DNA of 59,291 bases from Elusimicrobiota bacterium (GTDB lineage Bacteria; Elusimicrobiota; Elusimicrobia; Elusimicrobiales; UBA9959), in assembly GCA_027340875.1 (NCBI GenBank), contig DAIENX010000091.1, positions 1 through 59,291 of the forward strand, read 5' to 3'. Below, piece by piece: positions 1 to 12,673 of the stretch (its first letter is position 1; each line of letters starts with the position of its first letter). The notes under the pieces are model-generated. The model worked only from the letters and a program-made list of their open reading frames with translations. It was not told the DNA's origin and ran no database searches. A program made the translations under genes and the position numbers.

Positions 1-12
1 TGGTTCGGAGTG

Positions 13-80
13 CCTTCGCGGAGGCCGAGGCTTGCGTAGCGCCGAGGCCGAGTGAGGAGGGGCGGCCACGGTGTGGCCGA
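13..80. repeat. Structured intergenic repeat, family A, copy 1
   Basis: Closely matches the reverse complement of 29305-29371; contains hairpin GGCCAC-GGT-GTGGCC. Confidence 0.7.
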
Positions 81-129
81 CCCCGTGCCGACGGACCAGT
101 CCCCGTCGTCCCACTCACCTATGCGTGGA

Positions 130-522
130 TCAGGTCGCGGATATCTCGAACTCCGGCGGGTTGGCGATGGTGCGCTTGACCAGGCACTGCTCGGCGGCCT
201 TGATCACCGCGCCCTTGTACTTCTCGGGGAAGCCCTTCGGCAGGGTTATCCGGAAGGTGATCTTCTTCATCAGGTGCGCCTCCGGGTCCCAGTCCATCTC
301 CTGGACTATCTTAAGCCCCTCGGTGCTGAGCCCCCTGCTCTGGATGAAGCCCAGCACAAAGATGCCCGCGCAGGTGCCCAGCGAGGCCAGGAACAGGTCG
401 AAAGGGGCGGGCGCGGAGTTGTCTCCGCCGCCGCCCTTCGGCTGGTCGGTCGCTATCTCGAAGCCGTGCCACAGCGCGTTCACCTTCTTGCCGCCGGGGA
501 AAGTTATCTCCATTTCGCTCAT
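130..522 (-). CDS. OsmC/Ohr family protein
   Basis: TDQPxxxGG..APxPFDLFLASLGTC motif plus a second Cys in AAEQCLVKRTI. Confidence 0.9.
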   Translation of the reverse strand: MSEMEITFPGGKKVNALWHGFEIATDQPKGGGGDNSAPAPFDLFLASLGTCAGIFVLGFIQSRGLSTEGLKIVQEMDWDPEAHLMKKITFRITLPKGFPEKYKGAVIKAAEQCLVKRTIANPPEFEISAT

Positions 523-666
523 ACCGGTTCTCCTGTCGCAGGGAATATCCAGTTTTCTGGATCCCGGCTTTCGCCGGGGTGACGGAACAGCATGTGCCTG
601 TCACCTGCATATTTGATGCAAAAATGGCCTGAAAGTTTCAGGCCATTCTATCCTGCAGGTCCCCGC

Positions 667-1827
667 TCAGATCTCGTAGCGGTGCAGTTCTTTGGTGATG
701 CCCGGGATTATGGTGCTCTTGCCGTCGCCTATGGCGTGCAGCTTCAGTATCTCCCCGAAGATGCCGTCGAAAGCCTTGGTCACGTCGGGGTCGAAAGCCT
801 TGCCGCTTTCCTCCAGGATGTATTCCCGGGCCTTCTGCGGGTCCCATTTGGGCTTGTAGACCCGCTGGGCGCAGAGCGCGTCGAAGACGTCGGCCACGGA
901 GACGATCCTGGCATACACCGGGATCTGCTCGCCCTTGAGCCTGGCGGGGTAACCGGTGCCGTCGAATTTTTCGTGGTGGGAGGCCGCCACCTTGCAGGCT
1001 ATCTGCAGCAGGTGGCTCTCGGTGTTGGAGAGTATCTTGGCCCCGTAGATCGTGTGCTTCTTCATCTCCTCGAATTCCTCGGCGGTCAGTTTGCCGGGCT
1101 TGAGGAGTATGGAATCGGGGATGCCCACCTTGCCTATATCGTGCAGAGGGCTGGCGTAGCGCAGGTTCTCGGCTTCGCGCTCCGGCAGGCCCAGTCCCTG
1201 GGCTATCAGCGCGGAGTACTCGCTGATATGGCGCAGATGTACCGCCGTGTCCTGCTGGTCGCGGTATTCCGCGGTCACGGCGAGGCGGTAGATGGTCTCG
1301 AGCTGGGACCTGGAGAGGCTTTCGTAGAGCTGGGCGTTCTCGATGGCGGAGGCCGCCAACGAGCCGATGAGCTGCAGGATGCCCTCGTCGTCCGTGTTGA
1401 ACGCGCCGTTCATCTTGTTCACGGCCTCGAAGACGCCGATGATGTGACCGCTGACGTTCTTCAGCGGTACGGCCAGGATGCTGCGCGTGCGGTAGCCCGT
1501 CAGGCGGTCTATGTCGTGGTTGAACCTGCTGTCCTCGTAGGCGTCCCTGATGTTCAGGATGGTCCCGGTGGCCGCCACTTGCCCGGCTATACCCCTGCCG
1601 AACGGCACCCGGATCTCGGTGTGCTGCAGGCCCAGCGCCACCTTGGACCAGAGCTCGTTAGTTTGCCGGTCCAGTATGAACACGCTGCCGCGGTCGCAGC
1701 CGAGGATGGTCTTCACCTGCTCCGCTATGATATGGAGCAGGCGCGTCAGGTTGGTCTCCTTGGAAACAACGCCGCCGAAGTTAACAAGAAGTCTCAGCCG
1801 GTTCTCTAATTCCTCGGCCCGGGTCAT
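667..1827 (-). CDS. GAF + HD-GYP cyclic di-GMP phosphodiesterase
   Basis: N-terminal GAF (GIAGQVA, DSRFN, NKxxGAF); LHDIGK, HHEKFDGTGYP and ADVFDAL motifs. Confidence 0.92.
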   Translation of the reverse strand: MTRAEELENRLRLLVNFGGVVSKETNLTRLLHIIAEQVKTILGCDRGSVFILDRQTNELWSKVALGLQHTEIRVPFGRGIAGQVAATGTILNIRDAYEDSRFNHDIDRLTGYRTRSILAVPLKNVSGHIIGVFEAVNKMNGAFNTDDEGILQLIGSLAASAIENAQLYESLSRSQLETIYRLAVTAEYRDQQDTAVHLRHISEYSALIAQGLGLPEREAENLRYASPLHDIGKVGIPDSILLKPGKLTAEEFEEMKKHTIYGAKILSNTESHLLQIACKVAASHHEKFDGTGYPARLKGEQIPVYARIVSVADVFDALCAQRVYKPKWDPQKAREYILEESGKAFDPDVTKAFDGIFGEILKLHAIGDGKSTIIPGITKELHRYEI

Positions 1828-1862
1828 AGTGTTTATTTTACATTATACCGCTCAAGAAAAAG

Positions 1863-3286
1863 TCATTTATTTGAGGCTTCGTCCAGGAAGACGCTGTAGT
1901 GGACGGCCCTCGCCGACGGGTAACATTTCCGCAGGCCGGCCCCGATCTGCGCCAGGCACGAGGCAGCCCCTACCACCACGGTGGCAGCCTGCACGGAAGC
2001 GATGTTGCGCAGCTTGCGGTCCAGCACCCGCGCGGAAAGCTCTGGCTGGGTGAAGGCGAAAGCCCCGGCTCCGCCGCAGCACCAGTCGCTCTCCGGCAGC
2101 TCGCGGTAGCTCTTGCCGGCCAGTTTGCGGAGCACCTCGCGCGGCTGGCGGCGTATGCCCTGGCCGTGGCAGGCCCGGCAGGAATCGTGGTAGGTGACCG
2201 GGCCGGCGGAAGCGCCGCTGGCCGGCTCCCCGGCCTTGTCCGGCGGGATGAACTCAAGGACGTCGCTGACCGCCTCGGCGAAGGCCTTCGCGCGCGGCCG
2301 CCAGTCCGGGTCGGCCGTGAAGAGCTGTTCGTAGGACTTCATGAAGGCGGCGCACGAGGAGCAGTCCGCCACCACCCGGAAGGAGCCGAACTTCTCCTTC
2401 AGCTCCTCGTAGCGGACGATGTTCCTGCGCGCGAACTCCCGCGCGTCGGCGAGGCGACCGTAGTTGTGCGCGAGCAGGCCGCAGCACTGGTTGCCTATCA
2501 GGACTCCCTCTCCGGAATGGCGCTTCAGCACCCTTACCGTGGCCAGCGCCACATCGGTGAAGACGAAGTTGGGGCCGCAAGGGGCGAAGTACGCCCAGTC
2601 GATCTTCTTCTTGTCCGCGGGAGAAAGGTCCGGGTCTCCGGAGAGGATCTCGGAAGCGAAGCGCAGCGGAGCCTCCTTCACCGTCGTCTCGGCCTCGGCG
2701 AGCGCCGGCATGCCTATGAAATCGTAGAGTCCCATTTTGGCCGCCAGCGTGGGGAGGCCTGTTCTCTTGACCAGATAGGCCAGCCGCAGCCAGAAAGCGA
2801 AGAGCCTTGGCGCGTTCAGCAGGGTATTGACCGCGGCCCGCGCGAAGAAATTATCCCCGTAGCCGTCCAGCGAACGCCGTCCCTCCAGCACTATGTCCGG
2901 GGTCGGCACTCCGGCGTAGCAGGCGGAGGAGCAGGCGCCGCAGAGCAGGCAGGTGGAAAGGGATTCCTTGGCGTCTGCCGGGTCCTTCGCGCGGCCTTCC
3001 ACCAGCATGCGTACGAACTGGTTGCGTCCCCTGGCCGATATGGTTTCCCTGCCCGTCATCATGTAGGTGGGGCAGGAGGTTTCGCAGTAGCCGCAGCGGT
3101 TGCACTGCGCCGCGGCGTCGTAAAGGGTCTTCTCGCCGAGGAGGGTCAGCAGGGAGCCCAGGTGTGACGGCGCCTTCTCGTGCGGGTACAGCTCGTTCAC
3201 GTCGCTGTGGAAGCCGGTGTGCGGAGCTAAACCGTTCTCTCCGGCAGGGGCGCCGGCTTCTTTTATCTGGTGTTCTCGGTCTTTTC

Positions 3287-3290
<4 letters not shown>
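1863..3290 (-). CDS. glcF: GlcF-like Fe-S oxidoreductase subunit (two 4Fe-4S clusters, CCG domains)
   Basis: CNRCGYCETSCP and CLLCGACSSAC ferredoxin motifs; CCG, YHDSC and WCCGGAG. Start placed at ATG 3290, which overlaps the upstream stop (ATGA). Confidence 0.82.
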
Positions 3291-5365
<2,075 letters not shown>

Positions 5366-5405
5366 ATAATGGGCCCGAAAGCCGCGCGGCCGGCCGCGGC
5401 CGGAA

Positions 5406-6791
5406 CTACTTCGCCGGCCTGAGCTTGGCGGTGAAGTGGGGCAGTATAGGGGGGGCTTCCACGACCTCCAGTCCGGCTATCCGCCTCTTGTGCTTGGCCA
5501 GCCAGCCGAACACCTCTATTACGTAATCGATATGGCTCTGCGTGTAGACGCGGCGCGGCATCGCCAGGCGCACCAGCTCCATCGGGGCCGCCTGGTAGAC
5601 GCCGTTCTTGTCGCGTTTGCCGAACATCAGCGTGCCTATCTCCACGCCGCGTATGCCGCCCTCGAGGTACAGCGCGCAGGCCAGCGCCTGCGCCGGGAAG
5701 TTCTGCGGCTTGATGTGCGGCAGGAACTCCTTGGCGTTCACGTAGACGCCGTGGCCGCCGGGCGGATCGATTATCGGGACGCCGTGCTTCAGCAGGCCCT
5801 CGCCCAGGTAGGCCGAGGAGCGGATGCGGTATTGCAGATAGTTCTCGTCGAGCACCTCGCGCAGGCCTATCGCTATCGCCTCGAGGTCGCGGCCGGCCAG
5901 GCCGCCGTAGGTGTTGAAGCCCTCGGTCAGGATCAGCATCTGGCGGGCCTTGGCCGCCCAGTCGCGGTTGTTCATCGCCAGGAACCCGCCGATGTTGACC
6001 AGCGCGTCCTTCTTCGAGCTCATCCAGGTGCCGTCGGCCAGCTCGAACATCTCCTCGGCTATCTCCTTTACGGGGCACTGGGCGTAGCCTTTCTCCCGCA
6101 GCTTGATGAAATAGGCGTTCTCGGCGAAGCGGGCGCAGTCCAGGAACATCGGTATGCCGTACTTGGTGCAGAGCTCGCGCACGGCTTTCAGGTTCTCCAT
6201 CGAGACCGGCTGGCCGCCGAGCGAGTTGTTCGTGACCGTCATGATGCAGAGCGGGATGCTCTTGGCGCCCTTGTCCTTAATGAACTTCTCCATCGCCGCC
6301 ACGTCCGCGTTGCCCTTGAACGGCGCGGGCTTGCCGAAGTTGAGCGCCTCCTTGACCGGGAAGTCCACCGCTTCCGCCCCTGAGAACTCCACGTTGGCGC
6401 GCGTAGTGTCGAAATGGGAGTTGGAGATTATGCATTTGCCCTTGCCGCCGATGACCCCGAACAGGATCTTCTCCGCGGCGCGGCCCTGGTGCACCGGTAT
6501 CACCTCCGTGAAGCCGGTAAGGGAGCGGATCTCCCGCTCGAAGTTGTAGTAGCTGCGGGCCCCGGCGTACGACTCGTCGCCGTTCATGATGCCGCCCCAC
6601 TGCGCCGCGCTCATCGCGCCGGTGCCGGAATCGGTCAGCATGTCTATCAGCACCTTGTCGGCCTTGATGTTGAAGAGATTGTAGTGGGCCAGTCCCAGGG
6701 CTTCGAGGCGTTCCTCGCGGGTCGTGATGCCCAGAGGTTCTACGCTCTTTATCTTGAACGGCTCTATGATGGTCTTCCAGTTCCATTCCAT
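5406..6791 (-). CDS. tnaA: Tryptophanase (PLP beta-eliminating lyase)
   Basis: EPFKIK, LTDSGT, HQGRAAE and SSKKD (PLP lysine). HFDTT, VEIG and HFTAKL match tryptophanase rather than tyrosine phenol-lyase. Start could be 6815. Confidence 0.85.
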   Translation of the reverse strand: MEWNWKTIIEPFKIKSVEPLGITTREERLEALGLAHYNLFNIKADKVLIDMLTDSGTGAMSAAQWGGIMNGDESYAGARSYYNFEREIRSLTGFTEVIPVHQGRAAEKILFGVIGGKGKCIISNSHFDTTRANVEFSGAEAVDFPVKEALNFGKPAPFKGNADVAAMEKFIKDKGAKSIPLCIMTVTNNSLGGQPVSMENLKAVRELCTKYGIPMFLDCARFAENAYFIKLREKGYAQCPVKEIAEEMFELADGTWMSSKKDALVNIGGFLAMNNRDWAAKARQMLILTEGFNTYGGLAGRDLEAIAIGLREVLDENYLQYRIRSSAYLGEGLLKHGVPIIDPPGGHGVYVNAKEFLPHIKPQNFPAQALACALYLEGGIRGVEIGTLMFGKRDKNGVYQAAPMELVRLAMPRRVYTQSHIDYVIEVFGWLAKHKRRIAGLEVVEAPPILPHFTAKLRPAK

Positions 6792-6804
6792 AAGCGCGGC
6801 TCCT

Positions 6805-7857
6805 TTATCTGACAAGCAGCATCAGCAGAACGAAATAGGCCGTCATCAGCGCGGCGCCGAACGGCAGGGCGGCTTTGGCCCATTCCTTGGACTTGATGCC
6901 GAGCTTGGCGGAGCTGATGATGTTCGGTATGTTGCCCGGTATCAGCATCCCGCCGGAGATCAGCAGGCCCATCAGGATGAACGTCACCTGGCGGTCCGTC
7001 ATGGCCGGGGTTATCTCGGCCGCGGCCAGCGTGGCGTTGTCGAGTATGGCCGAGACGGAGTTCACCCAGTAAAGCAACCAGGTGGGCAGGCTTACCATGT
7101 AGCGCTCCGCCAGCGGCGTCAGGCCGGCCCCGAGGAAGATCAGCGCCATCACGAAGATGTAGACCTTGGCGGCGCGCGTCAGCACTACCTTCACGGAATC
7201 GTGCGCGTCCTCCTGCAGGCCGCCCGTGCTGGAATAAGCCGCCTTCGCGCCCCTGGCGGCGAGAGCGGCGCAGAGCAGGACGCCGGGTATTATCCATTCC
7301 CCGACTTCTCTCAGGAGATAAAAGAAGTCCGCGTTGTGCGGCGGGGCCTTCAGCTTGGCCACGACTATGGTGGAAAGAGGTTCTCCCAGGGGCGTCAGCG
7401 CGGCGCCAAGGCCTATGGCGTAGCAGGCCAGCACGGTGAGGCGGATCTCGTAGGAGCGGTTGAACTTCAGCAGCGAGATGACTTCCGCGAGTATGATCGC
7501 CGAGACGATGGCGGTCAGGAAGCTGGAGCCGAGACCCAGCGCGGCCACGATGACGAAGATGGTCGCCGTCACGCCTATCTTGCCGGTCAGGGCGTGCACC
7601 AAGTGGCGCAGGCGGGAGCGCACCTGGCGGAAGATGAGGCCCACCACGGCCACTGTTATCGTTATGGGTATGGGTTCCCGGAAAGCTTCCCCTATGAGGT
7701 GCATGCTCCAAAGGCCGGAGATGCTGACCGCGGAAAGGCCCATCACGAACAGGAAGGCTTCCAGGTCCTCCTCCACGCGCTTGACCGAGAACGGGAGTAC
7801 CAGCGTCATGCCCATGACCAGCGCGAGGCCTATCAGTACCAGGTAATCCGAGATCAT
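6805..7857 (-). CDS. DUF1646 family multi-pass membrane protein (putative transporter)
   Basis: LGAALTPLGEPLSTI, SAILDNATL and GGMLIPGNIPNII motifs; many hydrophobic segments; start at ATG 7857 (MISDY). Confidence 0.8.
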   Translation of the reverse strand: MISDYLVLIGLALVMGMTLVLPFSVKRVEEDLEAFLFVMGLSAVSISGLWSMHLIGEAFREPIPITITVAVVGLIFRQVRSRLRHLVHALTGKIGVTATIFVIVAALGLGSSFLTAIVSAIILAEVISLLKFNRSYEIRLTVLACYAIGLGAALTPLGEPLSTIVVAKLKAPPHNADFFYLLREVGEWIIPGVLLCAALAARGAKAAYSSTGGLQEDAHDSVKVVLTRAAKVYIFVMALIFLGAGLTPLAERYMVSLPTWLLYWVNSVSAILDNATLAAAEITPAMTDRQVTFILMGLLISGGMLIPGNIPNIISSAKLGIKSKEWAKAALPFGAALMTAYFVLLMLLVR

Positions 7858-7950
7858 TATGGTCCTCTTCAGAGTGCCGCCCGCCCGCCGGCGACCCTTT
7901 ATTGTGCTAAAATAATATTCTATTAATTTAATAGAGGCGATATAAAGGGC

Positions 7951-8883
7951 ATGTTCAAGTTCAGGAGGCCTGCGGGCCTTTTTCTCTGCGGCGGAGGGGC
8001 CCTCGGGGCCTGGCAATCCGGCGTTCTGGCGGAGCTGGTGAAGCAGGGGCTGCATTTCGACGTCCTGGCCGGCTTCAGCATAGGCTCGCTGAACGGCGCC
8101 GCTTACTGCTACAACAAGACTACCGAGCTGCGCGGCATCTGGGAGTCGCTGACCTCGGAAAAGATACTCAGCTTCAGGCCGCGCTACAGCAACATCCCGC
8201 TCGAACTCTACCAGCAGGACAGCGGCAGCATGGCCGCGAAGCTCAACTTCTTCATGCAGAACAGGCTGGCCAAACTGAGCCTGTTCTCCAACAAGTCCAT
8301 TTACGGCTTCCTGAACGGCTTCCTGGCCAGGAGCGGCCCCACCTTCCCGCGGAACATCAAGTTCTACGTGATCAGCCACGCGGTGGAGACCAAGCTGCCG
8401 TACATAGCCCGCTTCGACGGCTCCACCCAGGGGCACGGCTTGGCGTTCAACGACGCGCTGGTGGCCAGCTGCTCGATACCGATGATATTCCCGCCGGTGC
8501 CGGTGGAGGAGCACGGCCGCCGATACCATCTCGTGGACGGCGGGGTGATAGGCATAGCCACGATCAACCTGAGCATCTTCGAGGGCTGCCGCACGATAAT
8601 AATGATCGGCAACTCGCGCCCGGAGGACATGGATTTCCCGGCCTATGGGCCGTTCGGCTATTTCGAGCGTAAGGCGCGCCGCATGCTCGCGATACACACG
8701 CAGAAGGTCTACGAGTCCCGCGTCTTCATCAAGTCGGAGCCGGAAGTATACCTTATAAAGCCCCCGATAGACCTGGGCCTGAACCTGCTCGAGTTCGAAG
8801 GGACAAAGTGCACGAAAGCCTACGATATCGGCGCCGCCGAGGCCGTCAATTTCCTGCGCTACGCGGAACAAGCGGAGAGTTGA
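7951..8883 (+). CDS. Patatin-like phospholipase
   Basis: GGGALG oxyanion motif, GFSIG nucleophile and DGG catalytic Asp. Confidence 0.9.
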   Translation: MFKFRRPAGLFLCGGGALGAWQSGVLAELVKQGLHFDVLAGFSIGSLNGAAYCYNKTTELRGIWESLTSEKILSFRPRYSNIPLELYQQDSGSMAAKLNFFMQNRLAKLSLFSNKSIYGFLNGFLARSGPTFPRNIKFYVISHAVETKLPYIARFDGSTQGHGLAFNDALVASCSIPMIFPPVPVEEHGRRYHLVDGGVIGIATINLSIFEGCRTIIMIGNSRPEDMDFPAYGPFGYFERKARRMLAIHTQKVYESRVFIKSEPEVYLIKPPIDLGLNLLEFEGTKCTKAYDIGAAEAVNFLRYAEQAES

Positions 8884-8884
8884 G

Positions 8885-9736
8885 ATGATCGAATTCACGC
8901 TGCTCAACTTCCTGGCGCTGATAGCCTTCGGCGTCTTCATCGGTCTGCTGGGCTCGGCCCTGGGCGTAGGCGGCGGCATCTTCATGGTGCCTTTCCTGGT
9001 CCTCGCGCTCAAGGTCCCGATACACCAGGCCGTCGCGGCCTCGCTGGCGGCCATAGTGGCCACCTCCAGCGCCGTGGCCGCGGTCAACGTGGAGCGCGGC
9101 TTGACCAACATAAGACTGGGGATCACGTTCGAGGTCACCGCGGCGCTGGGGTCGCTGACCGGGGCCCTCGTGGCCAGCAGGCTGCCGTCGGGAGTGCTGC
9201 AGCTGTTGTTCGCGCTTATGCTCTTCCCCGTTTCCGGCCTGATGTTCATAAAGGTCCGCCGCGGGACGCGCAGGCAGAAGGTCGCCGAGCCGGCGCCTGC
9301 CGCGGCGGGCTCCGCTTTCGATTCCGCTTTCTTCGATCCGGCCGTCGGAGAGCATACTCCGTATGCGGTCAGGAACCTGGCCCCGGCCTCGTTCGCCGCT
9401 TTTTTCGCCGGCTCGCTGTCGGGCCTGCTGGGCATAGGCGGAGGCATAGTGCATGTCCCGCTGATGAACCTCGTCTGCGGGGTCCCCATGAAGGCCGCCG
9501 CGGCCACCAGCAACTTCATCATAGGCGTCTCGGCCGCCGCCAGCGCCTACGTATATTTCAGGAAGGGCATGATGCCGCTGGAACTCACCGGGGTCATCGT
9601 TACCGGAGTGCTTATAGGCTCCTTCGCCGGCATCCACGCCCTCTACAGGGCGAAGTCGGAGAAGCTGCAGCTGGTCTTCTCCGCGCTGACGCTGGCCGTG
9701 GCGGTCAAGATGTTGATGAAAGCGCTGGGAGGGTAA
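8885..9736 (+). CDS. TauE/SafE (TSUP) family membrane transporter
   Basis: LGVGGG and GLLGIGGG repeats, AAATSNF, about 8 TM segments. Confidence 0.9.
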   Translation: MIEFTLLNFLALIAFGVFIGLLGSALGVGGGIFMVPFLVLALKVPIHQAVAASLAAIVATSSAVAAVNVERGLTNIRLGITFEVTAALGSLTGALVASRLPSGVLQLLFALMLFPVSGLMFIKVRRGTRRQKVAEPAPAAAGSAFDSAFFDPAVGEHTPYAVRNLAPASFAAFFAGSLSGLLGIGGGIVHVPLMNLVCGVPMKAAAATSNFIIGVSAAASAYVYFRKGMMPLELTGVIVTGVLIGSFAGIHALYRAKSEKLQLVFSALTLAVAVKMLMKALGG

Positions 9737-9745
9737 CGGTCGGAT

Positions 9746-10033
9746 ATGGGAGAGACCTTCTCGCAGAAACATTTCGCGGCGCTGATACAGCGCACGCTGC
9801 TGGCCGGGGTCGTTCTCAGCATGACGCTCATCTTCGGAGGTTTCGCCTTCTCCGTCGCGGGCTTCGCGCACGCAGAGGCTGTCCTCAGAGCGGGCCTGCT
9901 GATACTCCTTCTCACCCCGGCCGCGCGCGTGATCATGCTGATCTACGGCTACTGGCGCGGAGGGGAGTACTATTTCGCGCTGGCCTCCTTCGTGGTGCTG
10001 TCGCTGCTGGGCGTCTCCCTGCTGATCGGATAA
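9746..10033 (+). CDS. DUF1634 family small membrane protein
   Basis: GLLILLLTPAARV motif; follows the TauE gene, the usual arrangement. Confidence 0.8.
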   Translation: MGETFSQKHFAALIQRTLLAGVVLSMTLIFGGFAFSVAGFAHAEAVLRAGLLILLLTPAARVIMLIYGYWRGGEYYFALASFVVLSLLGVSLLIG

Positions 10034-10036
10034 CCT

Positions 10037-11260
10037 ATGAAACGACTTCTGCTGCCAGTCCTCCTCGCGTTCCTGCCCTGCCGGGCCCTTGCCGCCTCCG
10101 ACGACGATCTCGGGCCGGCCCTGGTGGACCTCGGCGCCTCCACCCGGCCGTTCACGCTCAGCCCCGGCGCCGACGAGCGCTACGACATGGGCATAGCCTA
10201 CATGTACAGGCTGGAGTTCGACAAGGCCGAGGGGCAGTTCAGGCAGATAACCTCGCTGGCTCCGGAGAGCCCGGCCGGCTATTTCGCGCTGGCCGCGCTT
10301 TCCTGGTGGCGCTACTCGCAGAACTTTGACGTGCAGGACAGTTTCAAGAGCGTGGAGAAGGACTTCATCTCCAACGCGGAAAAGACCATAGACCTCGCGG
10401 AGAGGATGATCGGGGAGCAGAAGGACCTGGACCAAGCCTACTTCTTCATGGGTAGCGCCTATGGCCTGGAGGGCCGCTGGTACGCGGTGCAGCGCAGCTG
10501 GTGGAAGGCCTACACCCGCGGCAGGAAGGGCAGGAAATACCTGAAGAAATGCCTTGAGGTCAATCCCGCCGTCTACGACGCTTTTCTGGGCTTGGGCATC
10601 TTCGACTATTACGCCGCCACGCTGCCGGGCACTCTGGGCCTGGCCGCGAAGCTCTTCGTCGGAGGGGACAAAGAGCGCGGCATCGAGTACGTGAAGCTGG
10701 CCAAAGAGCGCGGGCGCTTCTTCAAGGTGGAGGCCCGCTTCTTCCTGATAGAGATCTATTCGATGCACGAGCACGATAACAAAGCCGCTTACGCCGAGAC
10801 CGACGCGCTGAAGGCCATAGACCCGACCAACATGCTGTTCCGGGTCGGGGAGATAATGACGCACATCCAGGCCGAGGACTGGGCCGGCGTGCTCGCGGAG
10901 AGCGAGGCCTTCCTGGGCGCCTGGCACGTGAGGCCGCAGCTTGGGCTGGAGCAGCAGCTAGCGATGATCTACCTCTCGGCCGGCGACGCGCTCATCGCGC
11001 TGAAGCGTTACGAGGAGGCCGTCGGCTGGCTGACCACCGGCATAGAGAAGACGGGCTTCCCCGACAAAGGCTGGGTCACCTACTGCTACCTGCGTAGGGC
11101 GGAGGCGCTGGACCTGCTCGGACGGCGCCTTGACGCGCTGGCCGACTACGGGACGGTGCTGAAGCGGCCGAATTTCTGGGACTCGAGGAAGTACGCGAAG
11201 GCGGGGCTGAAGCAGGCCCCGGACTACGCGGAGGTCTACAGGCAGATGACCGTGGACTGA
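10037..11260 (+). CDS. Exported TPR-repeat protein
   Basis: Signal peptide; TPR-like helices (AYFFMGSAYG, AFLGLG, YLSAGDAL, YLRRAEAL). Confidence 0.75.
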   Translation: MKRLLLPVLLAFLPCRALAASDDDLGPALVDLGASTRPFTLSPGADERYDMGIAYMYRLEFDKAEGQFRQITSLAPESPAGYFALAALSWWRYSQNFDVQDSFKSVEKDFISNAEKTIDLAERMIGEQKDLDQAYFFMGSAYGLEGRWYAVQRSWWKAYTRGRKGRKYLKKCLEVNPAVYDAFLGLGIFDYYAATLPGTLGLAAKLFVGGDKERGIEYVKLAKERGRFFKVEARFFLIEIYSMHEHDNKAAYAETDALKAIDPTNMLFRVGEIMTHIQAEDWAGVLAESEAFLGAWHVRPQLGLEQQLAMIYLSAGDALIALKRYEEAVGWLTTGIEKTGFPDKGWVTYCYLRRAEALDLLGRRLDALADYGTVLKRPNFWDSRKYAKAGLKQAPDYAEVYRQMTVD

Positions 11261-11296
11261 CGCGGATCCGATATTCCGGAGGCTGGAGAGGAACTT

Positions 11297-12301
11297 ATGG
11301 CAAAGAGCGAATTCACGGCGGTGGTACCGGTGGCGGGCGCCGGCACGCGCCTGCGTCCCCACACCTATACCTATCCCAAAGTGCTGCTGACGGTGGGCGA
11401 CAAGCCGATAATCGGGCATATTCTCGACGATCTGCAGGCCGCCGGTATCAGGAAGGTCTGTCTTGTCATCGGCTATCTGGGCGAGAAGATAAAGGAGTAC
11501 GTCTCCGCCGGCTACCCCGGGCTGCACGTGACCTACGTGGAGCAGCCCGAGCCGAAGGGGCTGGGCCACGCCATCTGGCTGACCAGGCGCAGCGTCGGCG
11601 GCCCGGTGCTGGTGATGCTGGGGGATACGATACTGGACGCTGACATCTCGAAGTTCCTGACCTCCAAGGACGACTGCATCGCGGTCAAGGAGGTCGCGGA
11701 CCCCCGGCGCTTCGGAGTGGTGGAGACCAGGGGCGGCTATATCTCCGCGATGGTGGAGAAGCCCGAGAAGCCGAAAACCAACCTGGCCATAGTGGGCATC
11801 TACTCCTTCCACAGCTCGCAGCTGCTTTACAACAGTCTGGAGAAGCTGGTCGCCTCCGGGGTGACCACGCGCGGCGAGGTGCAGTTCACCGACGCGCTGT
11901 CGCTGATGGTGAAGACCGGCCACAGGATAAAGCCTATGCCGATAGAAGGCTGGTACGATTGCGGCAAGCCGGAGACGTTGCTGGAGACCAACCGGCACAT
12001 ACTGGACCGCAAGAAGTTCTCGCCGAAGGCGAAGAACACGCAGATCATCCCGCCGGTCTATATAGCACCCACGGCAATGGTGGAGAACTCGATAGTCGGC
12101 CCTTATGTGTCGATAGGGGACGGGGCGAAGATAACGTCCTCCATCATCTCCGACTCTATAGTCAACGAGAACGCCGTCATCGCCGACATGAACCTTACCG
12201 GCTCGCTGGTGGGGCCCAGCGCCACCGTGGTCGGCATGAAGGACAGGCTGAACGTCGGTGAGAACTCGGAGATCAGGTTCGACAGCAACGCCTGCGAATA
12301 G
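11297..12301 (+). CDS. Sugar-1-phosphate nucleotidyltransferase with C-terminal left-handed beta-helix
   Basis: AGAGTRLRP..PK, Q..PKGLGHA, EKP and WYDCG motifs; hexapeptide-repeat tail. Confidence 0.9.
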   Translation: MAKSEFTAVVPVAGAGTRLRPHTYTYPKVLLTVGDKPIIGHILDDLQAAGIRKVCLVIGYLGEKIKEYVSAGYPGLHVTYVEQPEPKGLGHAIWLTRRSVGGPVLVMLGDTILDADISKFLTSKDDCIAVKEVADPRRFGVVETRGGYISAMVEKPEKPKTNLAIVGIYSFHSSQLLYNSLEKLVASGVTTRGEVQFTDALSLMVKTGHRIKPMPIEGWYDCGKPETLLETNRHILDRKKFSPKAKNTQIIPPVYIAPTAMVENSIVGPYVSIGDGAKITSSIISDSIVNENAVIADMNLTGSLVGPSATVVGMKDRLNVGENSEIRFDSNACE

Positions 12302-12350
12302 CCTCAGTGTGCCGGAGCGCAAAACGCGCTCGCCCATAAACGGGCGCGGT

Positions 12351-12622
12351 TCTGCAGTGTCGGGGCTGTCGGGGTGTGGAGCCCTCAGGCACGCGGTCGC
12401 GAACACCGTTCGCGCCGCTCGTCACACTGCGGTGTCGCTTCGCTCCACTCAGTCGTCGCGCTGCGCAAGCTCCTCCCTCCGTGACGGCCTTCGGTCCCCA
12501 CACCCCGCCGCGCCCCGCCAATCAACTGTGCCCTGCGCCCTGGGCTATGCCCGTGCCGTATCAGGAGCTTTGCTCATCAGACGGCCTGAAAATCGCTCGT
12601 GTGCGGCAGTCAGCGCTGCAGA
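12351..12622. repeat. Structured intergenic repeat, family B (REP/MITE-like)
   Basis: Short inverted ends TCTGCAG..CTGCAGA; internal hairpins; 12539-12586 matches the reverse complement of 36365-36412 at 43/48; 17-mer GTGTCGCTTCGCTCCAC shared with 36485-36501. Confidence 0.65.
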
Positions 12623-12624
12623 GT

Positions 12625-12661
12625 AAAAAAGAAAGCCCGGTTTTGCCGGGCTTCCTTTTTT
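12625..12661. terminator. Bidirectional intrinsic terminator
   Basis: A-tract, AAGCCCGG/CCGGGCTT stem and T-tract between convergent genes. Confidence 0.85.
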
Positions 12662-12673
12662 ACGGCAGTTCAA

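Noticed and set aside
5406..6791. Tyrosine phenol-lyase call
   Set aside because: Specificity positions (FDTT, VEIG, HFTA) match tryptophanase rather than TPL (FTTT, MERG, FFTA).
6805..9522. 905-aa minus-strand ORF
   Set aside because: Only the last ~350 aa (DUF1646) look real; the rest is antisense to the patatin and TauE genes.
12560..12590. CTGATGAG on the minus strand suggesting a hammerhead ribozyme
   Set aside because: No GAAA after the putative stem II, so the catalytic core is incomplete.
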